The notes under the pieces were generated by a model, which searched no databases, was not told the origin of the DNA, and saw only the letters and a list, made by a program, of their open reading frames with translations. The translations under genes were made by a program, and so were the position numbers. This document shows positions 12,239 through 28,078 of a DNA stretch of 64,000 nt, one piece after another (the first letter of the stretch is position 1; the number at the start of each line of letters is the position of its first letter). Source of the DNA: Piromyces finnis finn (Eukaryota > Fungi > Neocallimastigomycota); assembly GCA_002104945.1 (NCBI GenBank), contig MCFH01000015.1, forward strand, positions 496,001 through 560,000, in the 5' to 3' direction.

Positions 12239-14755
12239 TTAGCAAAATAAAAGAATTTTTAATAGAGCAAGTTTAAAATGATGTTGCCAGGTTTGTTTCT
12301 CTTTTAATGCTTGCCTTACAATATATTTTACAGTAGGATGATGTCCTCGAAGAAAAGCGACCAATAATACTCGATAACTGTACCGACGTTTCTTGGTCAT
12401 TTTTGCTCCTTTCTCCATAAAATAGTCTACTAGCGACATCTTTCCTGAATAGGCTGCATAAAATAAAGCTGTTTTACCATGATCATTCCTTTTATTCATT
12501 TTAGCACCATGTTCCACTAAACAACGTACCATAGATTCATTATGATCTTTGGTAGCAATGATTAATGGTGTGTTGCCTTCATAACCTTTGGCATCAATAG
12601 GTGCATGATGTTCTAATAATAAGGTCACAATTTCATTATAACTTCCATAGCATGCAAGATGAAGCGCTGTATTTCCATCAGAATTCTTAAGATGAAGATT
12701 AGCCCCATGTCGAACAAAATATTGAACAAGTTCTTCATAGCCATAACTTGTCGCTACCATTAATGCTGTAAATCCCTCCTCATTTTGCCAATTTAAAAGT
12801 GAGGGTTCTCTACCAACAAAATAATCAACAATATCTCGACATCCAACCTCAGTAGCTCGCATAAAGGCCATCTTAGTGAATCTTTCTTTTTGATCGGAAT
12901 GAAGACATCCTTCTTCAATGACATAATCAACAACATTAATTCGCTTATTTTGAGTGGCCATGGTCAACACCATTTTTAAATCCCTTTCCAACATCTCTTC
13001 TAATACTTTTTGGATTGAAACGGATGAATTTGAATGGCGATGAGAATTATGATGATATGAACTGCTGGTACTACCTTTTCCATTTTTATGAGTATATTGC
13101 TTGGCAGAGCGTGAACGTTTAAAACGCTTTAATAAAGACATGAGCTTTCTACCCTTTTTGAGTTTTATTTTCTGATCTTCAATATACTTTTTTGTTTTCT
13201 GACCATTTTCTTTTTCACTTTCTTCTTCATACTGTTGTTGTTGTTGTTGTTGCTCTAGTTGTTTCGCCTCAATCATTTTTATTTTATTCTGAATCATATA
13301 CTCTACAATCTTACGATATCCATTTTGTGATGCAATCATTAAAGCAATGGAACCTTCCTTATTACAATAATCAATGGCATGATTTTCTAGCAAAATCCTT
13401 ACAATCTCTTCATGTCCTTTTTGTGAGGCATAGAATAATGCTGTCTTACCAAAACCATTTTGTTCGTCTACTGATGCTCCTCGTTCAATTAAATATTTTA
13501 CAACTTTAGAATTTCCTGCTTTTGCGGCATGCATCAGTACTGTCCAACCACCACTGTTTTTTTCATTTATATCTAATCCATAATCTAAAAGACAAGAAAT
13601 GGTTTCCTTTTGATCATGCATTGCTGCAAAGAATAACGCTGATGATCCATTATTACTACATGAATGAATATTGGCCCCTTGCTCTATAAGAAAAGAAATA
13701 ACTTCTACATGACCAAACATAGCAGCATATATTAATGGTGTTAATCCATTTCCATCCTGATCATCTATAAGGGCTCCCTTTTCTAATAAATAGTGTATAA
13801 TATCCATTTGACCATTTTTACAGGCGTAAATAAGAGGACTAAGTCCATTTTTATCTTTATCATTAACTAAAGCACCATGATGAATTAAATAGTCAACAAT
13901 TTTTATATTCCCTTTTTCTGAAGCAAACATTAATGGTGTTTTATGAAGGCCGTTACGTTCATTGGTTTTCATTTGTAAATGTTCTATTAAATAAATAACT
14001 ATATCCCAATGATTTAATTCTGACGCCACCATCAACAGACAACACTTTATTTGTATATTCATGATGCATCTATTTCTGTCATTTTCTATTAATAATTTTA
14101 AAAGTTCTAAATTATCATTTTTAATGGTTTGTATATACATTGCTTTGGTAATTATCACCTTTTTTTTCTCCTTGTATACTAACATTTTAAAATCATGTTT
14201 AGTTATTTTTGCTTGTTTTTGTTGCAACAAAATCATTTGTAATATAAATGAATTATTATATACATAATGTTCAAAAACCTTTTTCAAAAGATGAATGTTC
14301 TGCGCTTCAATAATATAATCCAAAAATCGTTTATTCTGTTCATCTTCAAAATTAATATTGATGCCATGATTTAATATATAGTAAAGATTTTTGGTATTTA
14401 GTAGATTCGTTTTGAAAAAATGAATTAATATATTATCTCCTTTCCATGTCAATAAATTTATATTTGAACCTTTCGATAGAAGTAAATCAGCAACATCAAA
14501 TCGATGATATTTTAATGAAAGATAAATTGGTATTTCTGCTTCGTTGACTTCATAATTTAAACTTCTATAGAGTACTATAATAAATTTAATAATGGCCAAA
14601 GAAGCTTTGCTTTTAATAGCATAATTTAAAATATCAAAATTATCACCATTAATATGAAAATTTTTTAAATCATTGAAAATAATCAATGACTGAAGTTCAG
14701 AAAAATTATCTTTTGCTATTAAATATTTTATTTTTTCTATACAATTTGTTGACAT
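12239..14755 (-). CDS. Ankyrin-repeat protein, 838 aa, intronless
   Basis: Many ankyrin repeats (KTPLMFASEKG, LSPLIYACKNG, LTPLIYAAMFG, WTVLMHAAKAG, FTALMVATSYG, NTALHLACYG, NTPLIIATKD), split by a polyQ/basic/Ser-His insert. Confidence 0.92.
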   Translation of the reverse strand: MSTNCIEKIKYLIAKDNFSELQSLIIFNDLKNFHINGDNFDILNYAIKSKASLAIIKFIIVLYRSLNYEVNEAEIPIYLSLKYHRFDVADLLLSKGSNINLLTWKGDNILIHFFKTNLLNTKNLYYILNHGININFEDEQNKRFLDYIIEAQNIHLLKKVFEHYVYNNSFILQMILLQQKQAKITKHDFKMLVYKEKKKVIITKAMYIQTIKNDNLELLKLLIENDRNRCIMNIQIKCCLLMVASELNHWDIVIYLIEHLQMKTNERNGLHKTPLMFASEKGNIKIVDYLIHHGALVNDKDKNGLSPLIYACKNGQMDIIHYLLEKGALIDDQDGNGLTPLIYAAMFGHVEVISFLIEQGANIHSCSNNGSSALFFAAMHDQKETISCLLDYGLDINEKNSGGWTVLMHAAKAGNSKVVKYLIERGASVDEQNGFGKTALFYASQKGHEEIVRILLENHAIDYCNKEGSIALMIASQNGYRKIVEYMIQNKIKMIEAKQLEQQQQQQQYEEESEKENGQKTKKYIEDQKIKLKKGRKLMSLLKRFKRSRSAKQYTHKNGKGSTSSSYHHNSHRHSNSSVSIQKVLEEMLERDLKMVLTMATQNKRINVVDYVIEEGCLHSDQKERFTKMAFMRATEVGCRDIVDYFVGREPSLLNWQNEEGFTALMVATSYGYEELVQYFVRHGANLHLKNSDGNTALHLACYGSYNEIVTLLLEHHAPIDAKGYEGNTPLIIATKDHNESMVRCLVEHGAKMNKRNDHGKTALFYAAYSGKMSLVDYFMEKGAKMTKKRRYSYRVLLVAFLRGHHPTVKYIVRQALKEKQTWQHHFKLALLKILLFC

Positions 14756-16969
14756 TTTAATTATTGTTGTTATTATTATATTTGAATATTATAAAAAAAA
14801 ATATGTATTTAATATTATATATAATTAAAAAAAAATGTATATATGAGTTGTTATTATAGAATGAATAATTTTAGAAATATTTATCATTTTTTGGTGTTGT
14901 ATATGAATGTATGTATGTATAATTAAATTTATATAAATGGTTGTTATTATTCAGGCTAATTTCTAAAATTAATTGTAATTTTCAGTTTTTTTTTTTAATA
15001 AAGTGAGTAATGATAAGAATTTTTTTTAAAAAAAAAAAACTTTGTATTTATGAACAGAATAAAAGGGTATACAAAAATATCGTTTTATTAAACAACTGAT
15101 AAATTATGATGATGATAATGATAATATATAAAATATATATATGGATAAATATTCTTTTATAATTTTGATAAAATGAATAAATATTATAAATTATAATTTA
15201 AATTTAGCATTGTTATATTGACAAAATTTATATTTTTTTTCTATCATTTGTTTTAATTTATTATCTTTTTCCTTTTTCTTTTTTTTTTTTTTTTAATTTT
15301 ATTCAATAATTTATAAAGTGAACTTTTTAAAATTTTTAAACTATATTTTAAAGATTTTTTTTTTCTTTTTGTATATAAATAAAATTTTTATTATTTATTA
15401 AATTTAAGGAAAAAAGGACTAATAAAAAATTAATTCACAATATATTATAATAAATTAAAATTTTATTAAAAAGTTTAATATATAAAAGGTTAATATTAAT
15501 CGCACTTTTTACTTTTTAACCAAGTATTGACAATAGATAAAATAGTAAAATGACTTTTATTAATAAAGAATATGGAAAAGACTATATAAATTATATTTAT
15601 TGATAATAAATTATTATGATGAAATAAATAAAAGGTTTATATTATTAGAGTAAAAAGAATAAGTTTTTAAAGAGCAAACATAATAATGAATTAAAACATT
15701 AGTAACACTATTTGGACCAGCAAAGAGAATTTTCATTTAATTAAACTCAAAGACTTTTTTTTTTTTTTCATTTATCATAAAAAAAAAAAAGTGTTTCAAT
15801 AATTATATTTTTTAATATTATTATTTAATGAATAAATAATATTAAAAAAAAAACAACAACTATTTTTAAAGTTCTTTTAGTATATAAAATACTTAGTTCT
15901 AGTTATTTATTAAGAAATTCTAGCATATATTTTAACTATTTTATTGTTACTTTTTTTTCTTTTATTCAATAATTCTATTTTATTTTATTGATATTTCTAA
16001 TGTGAATATTAGTTTTAATATTTAAAGAAAATCAATAGGATAGTATCAATTCATTGTAATTCATACTAAAAGAATATTTATTTGTATATGTTATATACAT
16101 TTTTAAATATAACTTTTATATTCCTTTTTTTCTTCAATAATCATACTTTTTCAAAATAATATTCTTTCAATATTTCATATTTAAAGAAATAAAGAATTAC
16201 ATGGTTTAACAATGCTTTGTTTCTAAAAAGACTGACTTTTTATTTATTGAAGATTTCTTTCTTTTTTTTTTCATATTATAGTTGATTGTGTAACCTTTTG
16301 ATTAAAATTAATTATTACTCATTTTTTATAATTCCAAAAGTAAAGCAAAAAAAAAGATAGTAAATAATATATATAAAAAATAAATAGTAATAAGATTTGT
16401 TTTTTAAAGCATCATATTAGCAAAAAATCACTTTTTTTTATTTATTTGTACATGATATTGTAAAAATTTTAATAATAAATACAATGTCAAAATAATATTA
16501 ATGTATAATGTTTTTTTTAATATTGATTTATAAACAGATTGTTATAAAGAGATGATATATAGAGAAAATGAGAGTAATGAATACAAAGAAGTTATTCAAT
16601 ATTATTATAACTTTTTTTTTTACAAAAACATATTTTTAAATGATAATATTGTTTTAAATTTTAAAAGGTTATTCAATAATTATAATACTATTGTAAAATA
16701 AATATTCAAATATTCTTATAGAAAATTGTTACATATTCATTAAATTTTTATTGTATACAATTTATGTAATACAATAATTTTTTTTTTCTTATTTCTATAT
16801 TCATTTTTATTCTTATACTTATTATTAGAATCTATAATTTGAAATTTAAATTTTGAAATTTGAATTTTAAAATTAAAAATAAAGTAATAATAATAATAAT
16901 AATAAAAAATTTCCTTTTATTTAAATAATAATAATATATTAAAAGTTATTTTGAAATATTAAGATAAAA

Positions 16970-18968
<1,999 letters not shown>

Positions 18969-19463
18969 GATCCAATAAAGATTCGTTATTAAAATAAGTT
19001 TAAATAAAAAGAAAATGAATTTTTAATATACCAAAAAAAAAAAAAAAAAAAAAAAAATTATTTATTTTAAAATTAATTAAAAGCTAACCATAACATGTAT
19101 TAACAAGTATAGAATAATTTAATTTATAGATAGATAGATAATAAAAAATATTTTATTAACTTTTTATTATTTTATTATTTATTTATTTTTTATGTTTATA
19201 ATTATTTTTTTTTAATAATTTAATCAATAGTTTTATAAATAAAATATGTTGAATAAAATATATGATATAAATATTGTTGTAAAAAAAAAAAAAAAAAACA
19301 AATATTTTTTATCAAAAAAATAAATTAATACTAAAATTAAAAACATTTTTCTTTTTGATTTTGTTATTGTAATTTCAACCTTTATACAAATTAAAAGAAA
19401 TTAAAATCTATAATTAAAACTTGGAAAAAAAAAAGTCTTATTTTCTTTTCTATCTTTTATAAT

Positions 19464-20190
19464 CTATCGTAAAATCTTTTTAGCTGTTCCAATTTGACAA
19501 GAATTAACCTAAAATATATATAATTTATTAAAAAAAATGTTTAATAATTATTATTATAAAAAAAAAATAATTATAAATGTATTTATAATTATTTTTTCAT
19601 ATACCTTAGTAGCAAATCTTAAGGAACATAAAGTTTCTTGTAAATTAGCAAAAAGTGGTGATATATTTACAAACATTAAAGTTTTACTGTTTCCTCCTAT
19701 TAAAATTTTTTTTATATATAAATATTTATGCATATTAATAGAGAATTTTTATTTCATAGTTTATACAAATTTATTAATTATCAATACAAATAAACTTACC
19801 TAATGAGTTTTGTAATAAAAAGGTTAGCTAATATAATTTATATATATAGTAAAGAAAAGAAAAAGATATATTAATATAGTATAATAAAATAAATTTAGAT
19901 AAAATTATTATGAATTTTAAATTTATTATTATTATTTTTTTTTTTTAAAAAAAAAATACCTTTGAATTACGATATGGAATATGAGGTTCATTATTTCCTA
20001 AAGCGGCAATAACATCACTTAGACAACTCAAACTTTTATTAATTGCACGAGTTTCTTTAAGACGATCACCTGTGGCTCCTGAAACAGCTAAACGTTCTGA
20101 GCCAGCTAAATCAATAAGATTTAAGGAACTTTCATATTTTTCATCTGTTAATTCATTATGTCCTTGTAAATGAAGGGTAAAAATACTATG

Positions 20191-20227
<37 letters not shown>

Positions 20228-20241
20228 TTAATAATAATAAT

Positions 20242-20287
<46 letters not shown>

Positions 20288-23200
20288 TTAATTAAAATAT
20301 GATACTATTATATTATTTATTTTATAATAGATAGTTTCTATCTTTATTTTTGCTATTATTCCTTTAGAAAAAATTCCTTTATCTACAAACCTGTGACTTC
20401 TTGATGAACGTTCATTACATAATGTGGCACCAACAGATCTGTTTTTAGAAGCAATTTGTAATAATTTATGTACTTCATCTGAAGTTTTTACCTTGACTAA
20501 AAAAATTATTGTTTAAAAAAACATTTATTAAATAAGATTAATATTTTATGATTTGTCTATCTTTATTCATTGCAAATATTTCATAATATTGATAAATAAA
20601 CAATTACCAATTTTAGCGTCAGTAACGATAGTTCTTCCATGAGAAAGATGCTTTATTTCATGTTTTTGAGTTTCATCATTTTCTAATAAATCTCTTATTG
20701 TCTCATTATATATTTCCAAAAACTATTTTATGGTTATGTGTATATAAATATTAATAAAAAATTACTTAAAAAAAAATCTTTATAATAAAGTAACATTAAA
20801 AAGTAAATTATATTCAACTAACTTGACAATCTATATCATATATCCAACCCTTCTTTTTGAAATCTTCAGATGCTATAAATATTTGTTGAACAGCTCTTGG
20901 AATCATACCCATTGTTTCTTTATCTTCACCACCTTCCATACTATTTTACGTTTTTTATAAGATTTTATTATTATTAATAATGTTTTTTTTTTAATTACTT
21001 TTTGATTTTGATAAAAATAACTTTAGAAAACATACGTATAGGTTTTACCACTTCCAGTTTGACCATAAGCAAATATACACACGTTATATCCATCTAATGC
21101 TGATTGAACTAATTGAGCAATTTCAGTAAATATTTCTCCTTGTTTTGAACTTCCATCAAATACCTGAAAATTAATAGATTTAAATAAAATGTAAACATAA
21201 TTAAAGAAAAAAAAAAAACAATATAAATTACATCGTTATATTATGTATATATATTGAGTAATAATTAATTTTTTTTTGTATTATTCAATACCTTATCAAA
21301 ACTGAATGGGTATGATTTTGATGATGCTGATCCCATAGCAGATTCCTATCATTTTAAGAATGTTTTAAAAAATCAATAATGAGTATTGATATTTTAATTA
21401 TAGAATTATGTCTATGATTATATAATAAATAAATCTATAAAATAACAACTTACAGTCTGTTGTACTAATGTGATTTCTTTGTCATTGTCTTTTGGATATA
21501 CAATATGTTGAGTTAAGTTTTCATTATTATATTTCTCCTTTTCACTTTCTATAGTTTTTTAAAATTATTATAAAATAATATAATTATATTTTAATGTAAA
21601 TAATAATAAAGGGTTTTCTAATTTTTTTCAATACATACGAAGAACTGGCCTTACTCTACAGAATACTCTAATATTTCCCTTTAATTCCTTTAAACCAAAA
21701 CAGTTGTTATAAATTAATATATTATTATTTATTATTATTAAATTATAAATTTTTATATTTTATAACTAAATTTATTAACAAATATACTTGAATTTCATTA
21801 TGTAAGAATCTTCTTTGCTCCTCTAAGGCTTGAATACTTCTTTTTGCTTCTAAATAATCATTTTCTAAAGTTGCTATTCTTTTTAAATGTCTTTCACGTT
21901 CTATTTCTAATTCATTTATTCTCTTAGTATCTTCTTTCTTTGCGTTTTCTAATTCTTCTATGTATTTTTTATTAACTTCTGATTCTAATTTAAAATTAGC
22001 AACTTGCTTTTCAAAATCAGCTATTCTTTGGTCTCTATTTTCAATTTTATTCTGTTATAATTGTAATATCATTATAAAATTAGTTTGTCAATATTATTAT
22101 GGAATGAAACGATTCTTAAATATTTAAATAAAAATAGTCAACACCTATATTACATTTAAATCATTGATAGTTCCTTTGGCTTTTTCTAATTCATCATTTG
22201 TTATTGTATGTTGTTTTGTTAATTCGCTAAATTCTTCTTTTAATTTTTTATGCTCCTCCTATATAAATGATTTTTAATTTTAATATTCGATAATTTATAT
22301 TTAAAATATCAAACATATGTAATAAAAAGTATAAATTTAATATCTGATTTATTTTTAAAATAACTATATTACAATTATTAACTACGATTATTTATGATTT
22401 ATTACCGTTAAATTCTTCTGTTCTTCTTTTAATTTATCATGTTGTTTAACAAATTGACCATAGGTATCTTCTAATTTGTTATTTTTTTCTTTTAATTCAT
22501 TTATTTCATTATCTTTTGACTTTATAACTTCTTCACTTTCTTGCTTCTCTTTCTATATGTTATAAATTTAAATTTATTATGTAATATCATTAGTTATAAT
22601 TTCCAATTATAAACTAATTATATTATACATTATATATATATTGATAATTTACTTCTTTTTCAACTTTTATTGCTTCAATTTCACTAACAGTTTTTTCTTT
22701 GTCTTGTTGTAATTGATCAACTTTTTTATTTTATTTTTTTAAAAAAAAAAAATCGTATATATATTTAGTTAATGGTATTGAAATCATAGTGATATATTAT
22801 TATTATTCTATAAATATAATTAATTAATAATTTACTTTGTTCTGATTTTTTAAGAAGTTCTTCATCCTTTTGTTCTAATAATTTACATGATTTATCAATA
22901 TGATTATTTAATTCAGATATATCCTTTTTAGCATCTTCCAAAAGACCCTTATATAATTATATTATTTATTATTTTTTTTTAAATTATATATAATATGAAA
23001 ATATTTTTAATCATACAATTATTAGAAATAATTCAAATGATCTTATACTATTATAATTGAGAAAATTTTATTTCCTTAATTTATATATAAAAAATAAAAA
23101 ATTAAAAAATACTTTTGTATCCCATCCTGAACGTCTTGGTCTTTTTGTTAATGTAATACCATATTTTGATTTCGGTGCTTTAACTGTTTTTTTTTCTGTT

Positions 23201-24144
23201 GTTGAAATTGTTGTATTAGAAACTGGATTCTTTGGTTTTATTGTTTTAGATGGTATAGTTTTTTTAATTGGTGGTTTCCTAGCAGAAAATGGTTTAACTT
23301 TAGATTCTATTTTCGATGTTTTAGATATTGGAGTCTTTGCTGTAATTGATGTATTTCTTGATATTGAAGGGGAAGAGGTTTTTGAGATAGATGAAGTTTT
23401 TGTTAATGTAGGGGAAGTAACTTTTAAATTGGATGAACTTTTTGATAATGATGATGGTGTTTTTATTTTAGATACAGTTGATGAAGAAGAAGAAATGGCA
23501 TTATTATTATTATTAGTAGTTGATGTCATTGCTTTATCTGTACTATGACTATTACTCGGGGTAGAAGTAGTTTTTGTTTTATTATATACTTTTGAAGTCT
23601 GTGAAATGGATTTTCGAGCAAATTTTGATGGTCGAATTATTATACTAGTATTAGCAGCAGCTGTACTCATAATTTTTGAAAGTTTTCTCTTTTTTGATGC
23701 ACTTCCATCAGGTTGTAATATATTTTCTGTTTTCGGAGTTTCAGGTGATTTTGTATTGACTTTTATATTTTCTTTGCTAATTGAAGGAATTTTGGTATGA
23801 ACCTTGGGCATTGGAATTGAAGTCTTTTTCTAAAAAAAAAGAAAGAAAGAAAGAAAAAAAGAAAAAATAAACAAGACATTAATATCAAAACAATATATTC
23901 CTATCACATTACTATTGTTTAATTAATTATGAACATATTTATAATTGATAATATAATTTTATAAATTGAATTTCAAATCATCAAAAAACATTGTACAATT
24001 AGTATTTTAAAATTCTAAATTATTCTAATTGATAAATTTATCCTTAGTTATTATTATGTTGTAATTCTAAATTTACTGTTTTCATATAAATATATAATTA
24101 ATTTAATTTGTGTGTACCTTGACTTCATTAACTTCTGTAATCAT
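19464..24144 (-). CDS. KAR3: Kinesin-14 (C-terminal motor, Kar3/KIFC1-like), multi-exon
   Basis: First exon MITEVNEVK (24144-24118), basic S/T/K tail ending RRSGWDTK|GLLED, coiled-coil exons. Motor motifs [20 protein letters not shown] (~21040-21110), NERSSRSH (~20400), LIDLAGSER (~20100), HIPYRNSK|[10 protein letters not shown]|[24 protein letters not shown]|[14 protein letters not shown]. Confidence 0.93.
20193..20290 (+). repeat. Interrupted (AAT)n microsatellite in a kinesin intron
   Basis: AAT run with ATT interruptions. Confidence 0.9.
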
Positions 24145-25378
24145 TTTTAGTTGATGTATTATTCCTTAAAATGCTATAAAAAATAATAGTTTCAATTAAA
24201 TAAAATTAAAAAAATATATATTAATAATAAATAATGTAAAATATATATATATTTAAGTATTAATAATAATAAAGCTTGAGTATTATAGTTTTGACATTTA
24301 TATAGATTAACTATATTATTACTTTTGTAATTTTAAATATATTCAAAATAATTAATTTTTCACCAAAAGATTTTATTCAAAATGTTATTATTAAAAGAAA
24401 TAAAAGAAAATAATTATTTCTTTTTCATCTATTTTATCTATTTATATATATACTTTTTTTTTTAAAATTTTTAACCGGCTTTATTAATGTAATGTATAAT
24501 TATAATTTAAACAAATATTATTAAAAATCTAACAAAAAAGAACTATAAAAAATTATATAATTTATTATTTTATAATTTTCTTTTTTTTCTTTTAAAAAAA
24601 AAAACATTAGAAAGTACTAATTTGCACGAACAGGGCTTAATTTCATTTTAAAAATTTAAAAATTAAAATTTCTAAAAGCATAGAATTAAAATAATACAAT
24701 GTATTAAGATTGTACAATTTTTTTAAATATGCTTCATCCACATTTTTAATTACATAGTTTAATGTAATTTATGTATAAACTTATAATATCATATGATCAT
24801 ATGAAATGGAAAAAGAACTATGAAATTGAAAAGCTTAAAACCAATAATAAATAACCAACTAATAATAATATGAAAGATTTTTGAAGAAATTAAAAAGATA
24901 TTAAATTTTAATATAATATTAAATAATTAAATTTATTATAAACAAAAGAAACCTCAATTTTTTTTTTTTTTTTTTTGAAAGCTTTAATTGAAAGTACTTT
25001 TAATATTTTATAACTTTATCTTACTTAATAATAATAAATAAAATAAATTTAACAAAAGAAAACAACTAATAAAAGAAAAAGATAATATAATAACTTTAAA
25101 AAAAGTATATAATCAACAACAAAAAAAAATTAACACCAAATATTTTAAATTTTATTAAAATTCAAATTTCAAATTATTAATTAATATTATATAATATTAA
25201 AAACTGAATGACTAATTCATATCTTCTTCTTTTTTATTTTTATTGATATGCTAATATTTGAAATACTTGTTATTCGTACTAAAACTAAATTGGCATTTTT
25301 TTTTTTTAAATTTGATTATTATCAATAATCAAATTCATAATAATAGAAATAGAAAGAAAATAATATATTTATAAAAAG

Positions 25379-27245
25379 ATGCCATTCCCATTAGAACAAT
25401 GGTACATGGAAATACCAATTGTAACTAGAGTTTATCTTACTTTAGTTGCATTAACTTCTTTCGCATGTGTAATTATCATATATAATAATATATAAAAAAA
25501 TAATTAAAAATAAAATCTATTCAAAAGTAAAAGAGAAATTGGTAATAATGTAATTTTTAAATATATTCACATATATACATAAATAATAGACATTAGATAT
25601 TATAAAACCAATTCAATTATACTTTAATTGGAATCTTATATTACAAAATCATGAGGTAAAGATGTCATTTCCTAATTAAAATTAATTAAAATTCGAATTC
25701 TCTAAATGAATTAATTATTTACAACAATATATATATAAAGTATTGGAGACTTATAACGTCATTTTTATACTTTGGAAACTTCTCCATTGATTTCATCTTC
25801 CATATGTTCTTTATGTATGTAATAAAAACTTCAAAAAACACTATTGAATATAAATTTATAAACTCAATAATATTTAATTTTAAAATTTCAATTAAAATAT
25901 TTGATACACTAATTAATAAATATATGTTACATATTATATATATATAAAAAAAAAACTAAAACACAACACACTATATAATAAATAAATATAAAAAAAACAA
26001 TTAAATGGATAAAATAATATGAAAAATTATTAATTAATAATTTAATGAATTAAACATTTATAAAACAGTTCAAGATACAGTAGAATGTTAGAAGAAGGTT
26101 CTTTCAGAGGAAGAACAGCTGATTATTTCTGGTTATTATTCATGGGTGTTATTGCTTTTATTGTAAGAAATACAAAAATACAAATATATATTTAAATAAG
26201 GATAAATAATTTTCATATTAAACATTATTATTCTATATTCACTTTTATATATTTCATATTATAATATATTATATGATAATTATAATTTTTATATTTATTT
26301 TCTTTGATACATTATATACAAAAAACTCACTTCATTCAACATAATATTTTAAAATAAAATAAATATTCAATATGCTTTTAATGTTTTATTTAAAAAATCA
26401 CATAAATTTTGCAAAATTTGTTACATCCTTCAAAATATAATATACCTTTATTATATCAAAATAAAAATATATATATGAACGCAAATATTTATTTTTAAAA
26501 TAAAAAGATTGTTATTCCAATATTTACAGCAAGATCTCAATTCCTCTTTTTATCTACTCCATTAACCTTTATGCTTGTATATATCTGGTCAAGAAGAAAC
26601 CCACAAGTTCGTATGAGTTTCCTTGGTATACTCAATTTCAATGCTCCATATCTTCCATGGGTTCTTTTAGGTTTCACTATTCTCTTAAACCACATCTGGC
26701 CATCTGGTGATATTCTCGGTTTAATTATTGGTCATATTTATTATTTCTTAGAAGATGTCTATCCAAAACTCTTCAACTTACCATTAACCTATCATATGCT
26801 CGGTGCTCCAAAGTTTGTTAAGAAAGCTTTTGATTACTTAATGCGTGATGCTCAAGATGCAAATTTAATGGATGATGATGATATTGATAATATTGATTCA
26901 GATTCTGACCAAGAAGATTTAAATACCCCATCCACCACTACTGTTCATAATGAAGGTGGATTTATTCTCGGCAATGGAGAAAATCTTGGTGAAAGTAGTT
27001 CAGATAATAAAAAAGAAGAAGAAGAAGCTGGTGAATCACTAACAACACCACCAGTTGAAGAAGCTGAAGAAGCGAAGGCTGATACCTTTACTTCATCTAC
27101 AGAAACTAATGCTAGTCAACCAAACATTAGCTCTGAAGGTTTAAAGAAGCGTACCTTTGTTCCAGATTTTAATCCATCTTCTGAACCGGGAGGTTACAAC
27201 TGGAATTCTTCTTCTACCGATACTGAAAATAAGAAAGATAATTAA
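25379..27245 (+). CDS. DERL2: Derlin (Derlin-2/Der1-like ERAD rhomboid pseudoprotease) with acidic C-terminal tail; exons 25379-25468, 25590-25655, 25741-25814, 26069-26162, 26508-27245
   Basis: MPFPLEQWYMEIPIVTRVY, YWRLITSFLYFG, SRYSRMLEEGSFRGRTADY, MLVYIWSRRNP, APYLPWVLLGF and GHIYYFLEDVYP. GT-AG junctions are phase-compatible. Confidence 0.93.
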
Positions 27246-27751
27246 AATGAAAAAAAAAAAAAATAAAAGACTCTATATTTTATTTAAAATAATAAAAAGA
27301 ATTAAATGCCCAAATAAAATATAAAAAATATAAAAATAAACAAAAAAAAAAAAAAAAAAATATTTAATAAAGCAACTATTAATATATATAATGTATATCA
27401 TATAATAAAACCAAATTTATGCAAATAAATAAATAAAAAAAACTTTTTAAAAAAAATAATAAACTTAAAATTGATGTTAATATTCTGTTGAATTCGTATG
27501 TATTTGAATAAATATAATTGATTGAAAAGAAGCAAAAAAAAAAAATATATATATATATAAAGGAAGAAAAAAAAAGTAGTTGTAAATTTTTTTATTTTTT
27601 TATATTTTTTTATATTTATTTATTTTTATATATTTTTTTGTTTAATATTTTATTAAATCAAGGATAGTATTATAATTACAAGGCATTATTTTAATATAAC
27701 AATGCAATAATTGATAATATTATTCTTTTATATAATAATAATAATTTAAAA

Positions 27752-27823
<72 letters not shown>
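27752..27823 (+). repeat. (TAT)24 microsatellite
   Basis: Pure TAT run downstream of the FHIP stop codon. Confidence 0.93.
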
Positions 27824-27824
<1 letters not shown>

Positions 27825-28078
27825 TTATATTAATAATAACGATAAATGTAATGCTATATTGTTATAATTCCAAACTTTTAAATATAAATGAATAATGCAA
27901 AATTAAATAACTTATTATTTCTTTAAAAAAATGAAAAAAATAATATATAGAATGGGAAATGGAATTATTCACAATATTAGTTATATAATAAAAAATTATA
28001 ATTATTATTTTTTTTTTTGAAAAGATATTAATATTATGAAATGAAACAAAACAGCATTTTTTTATTATTATTATTTAT

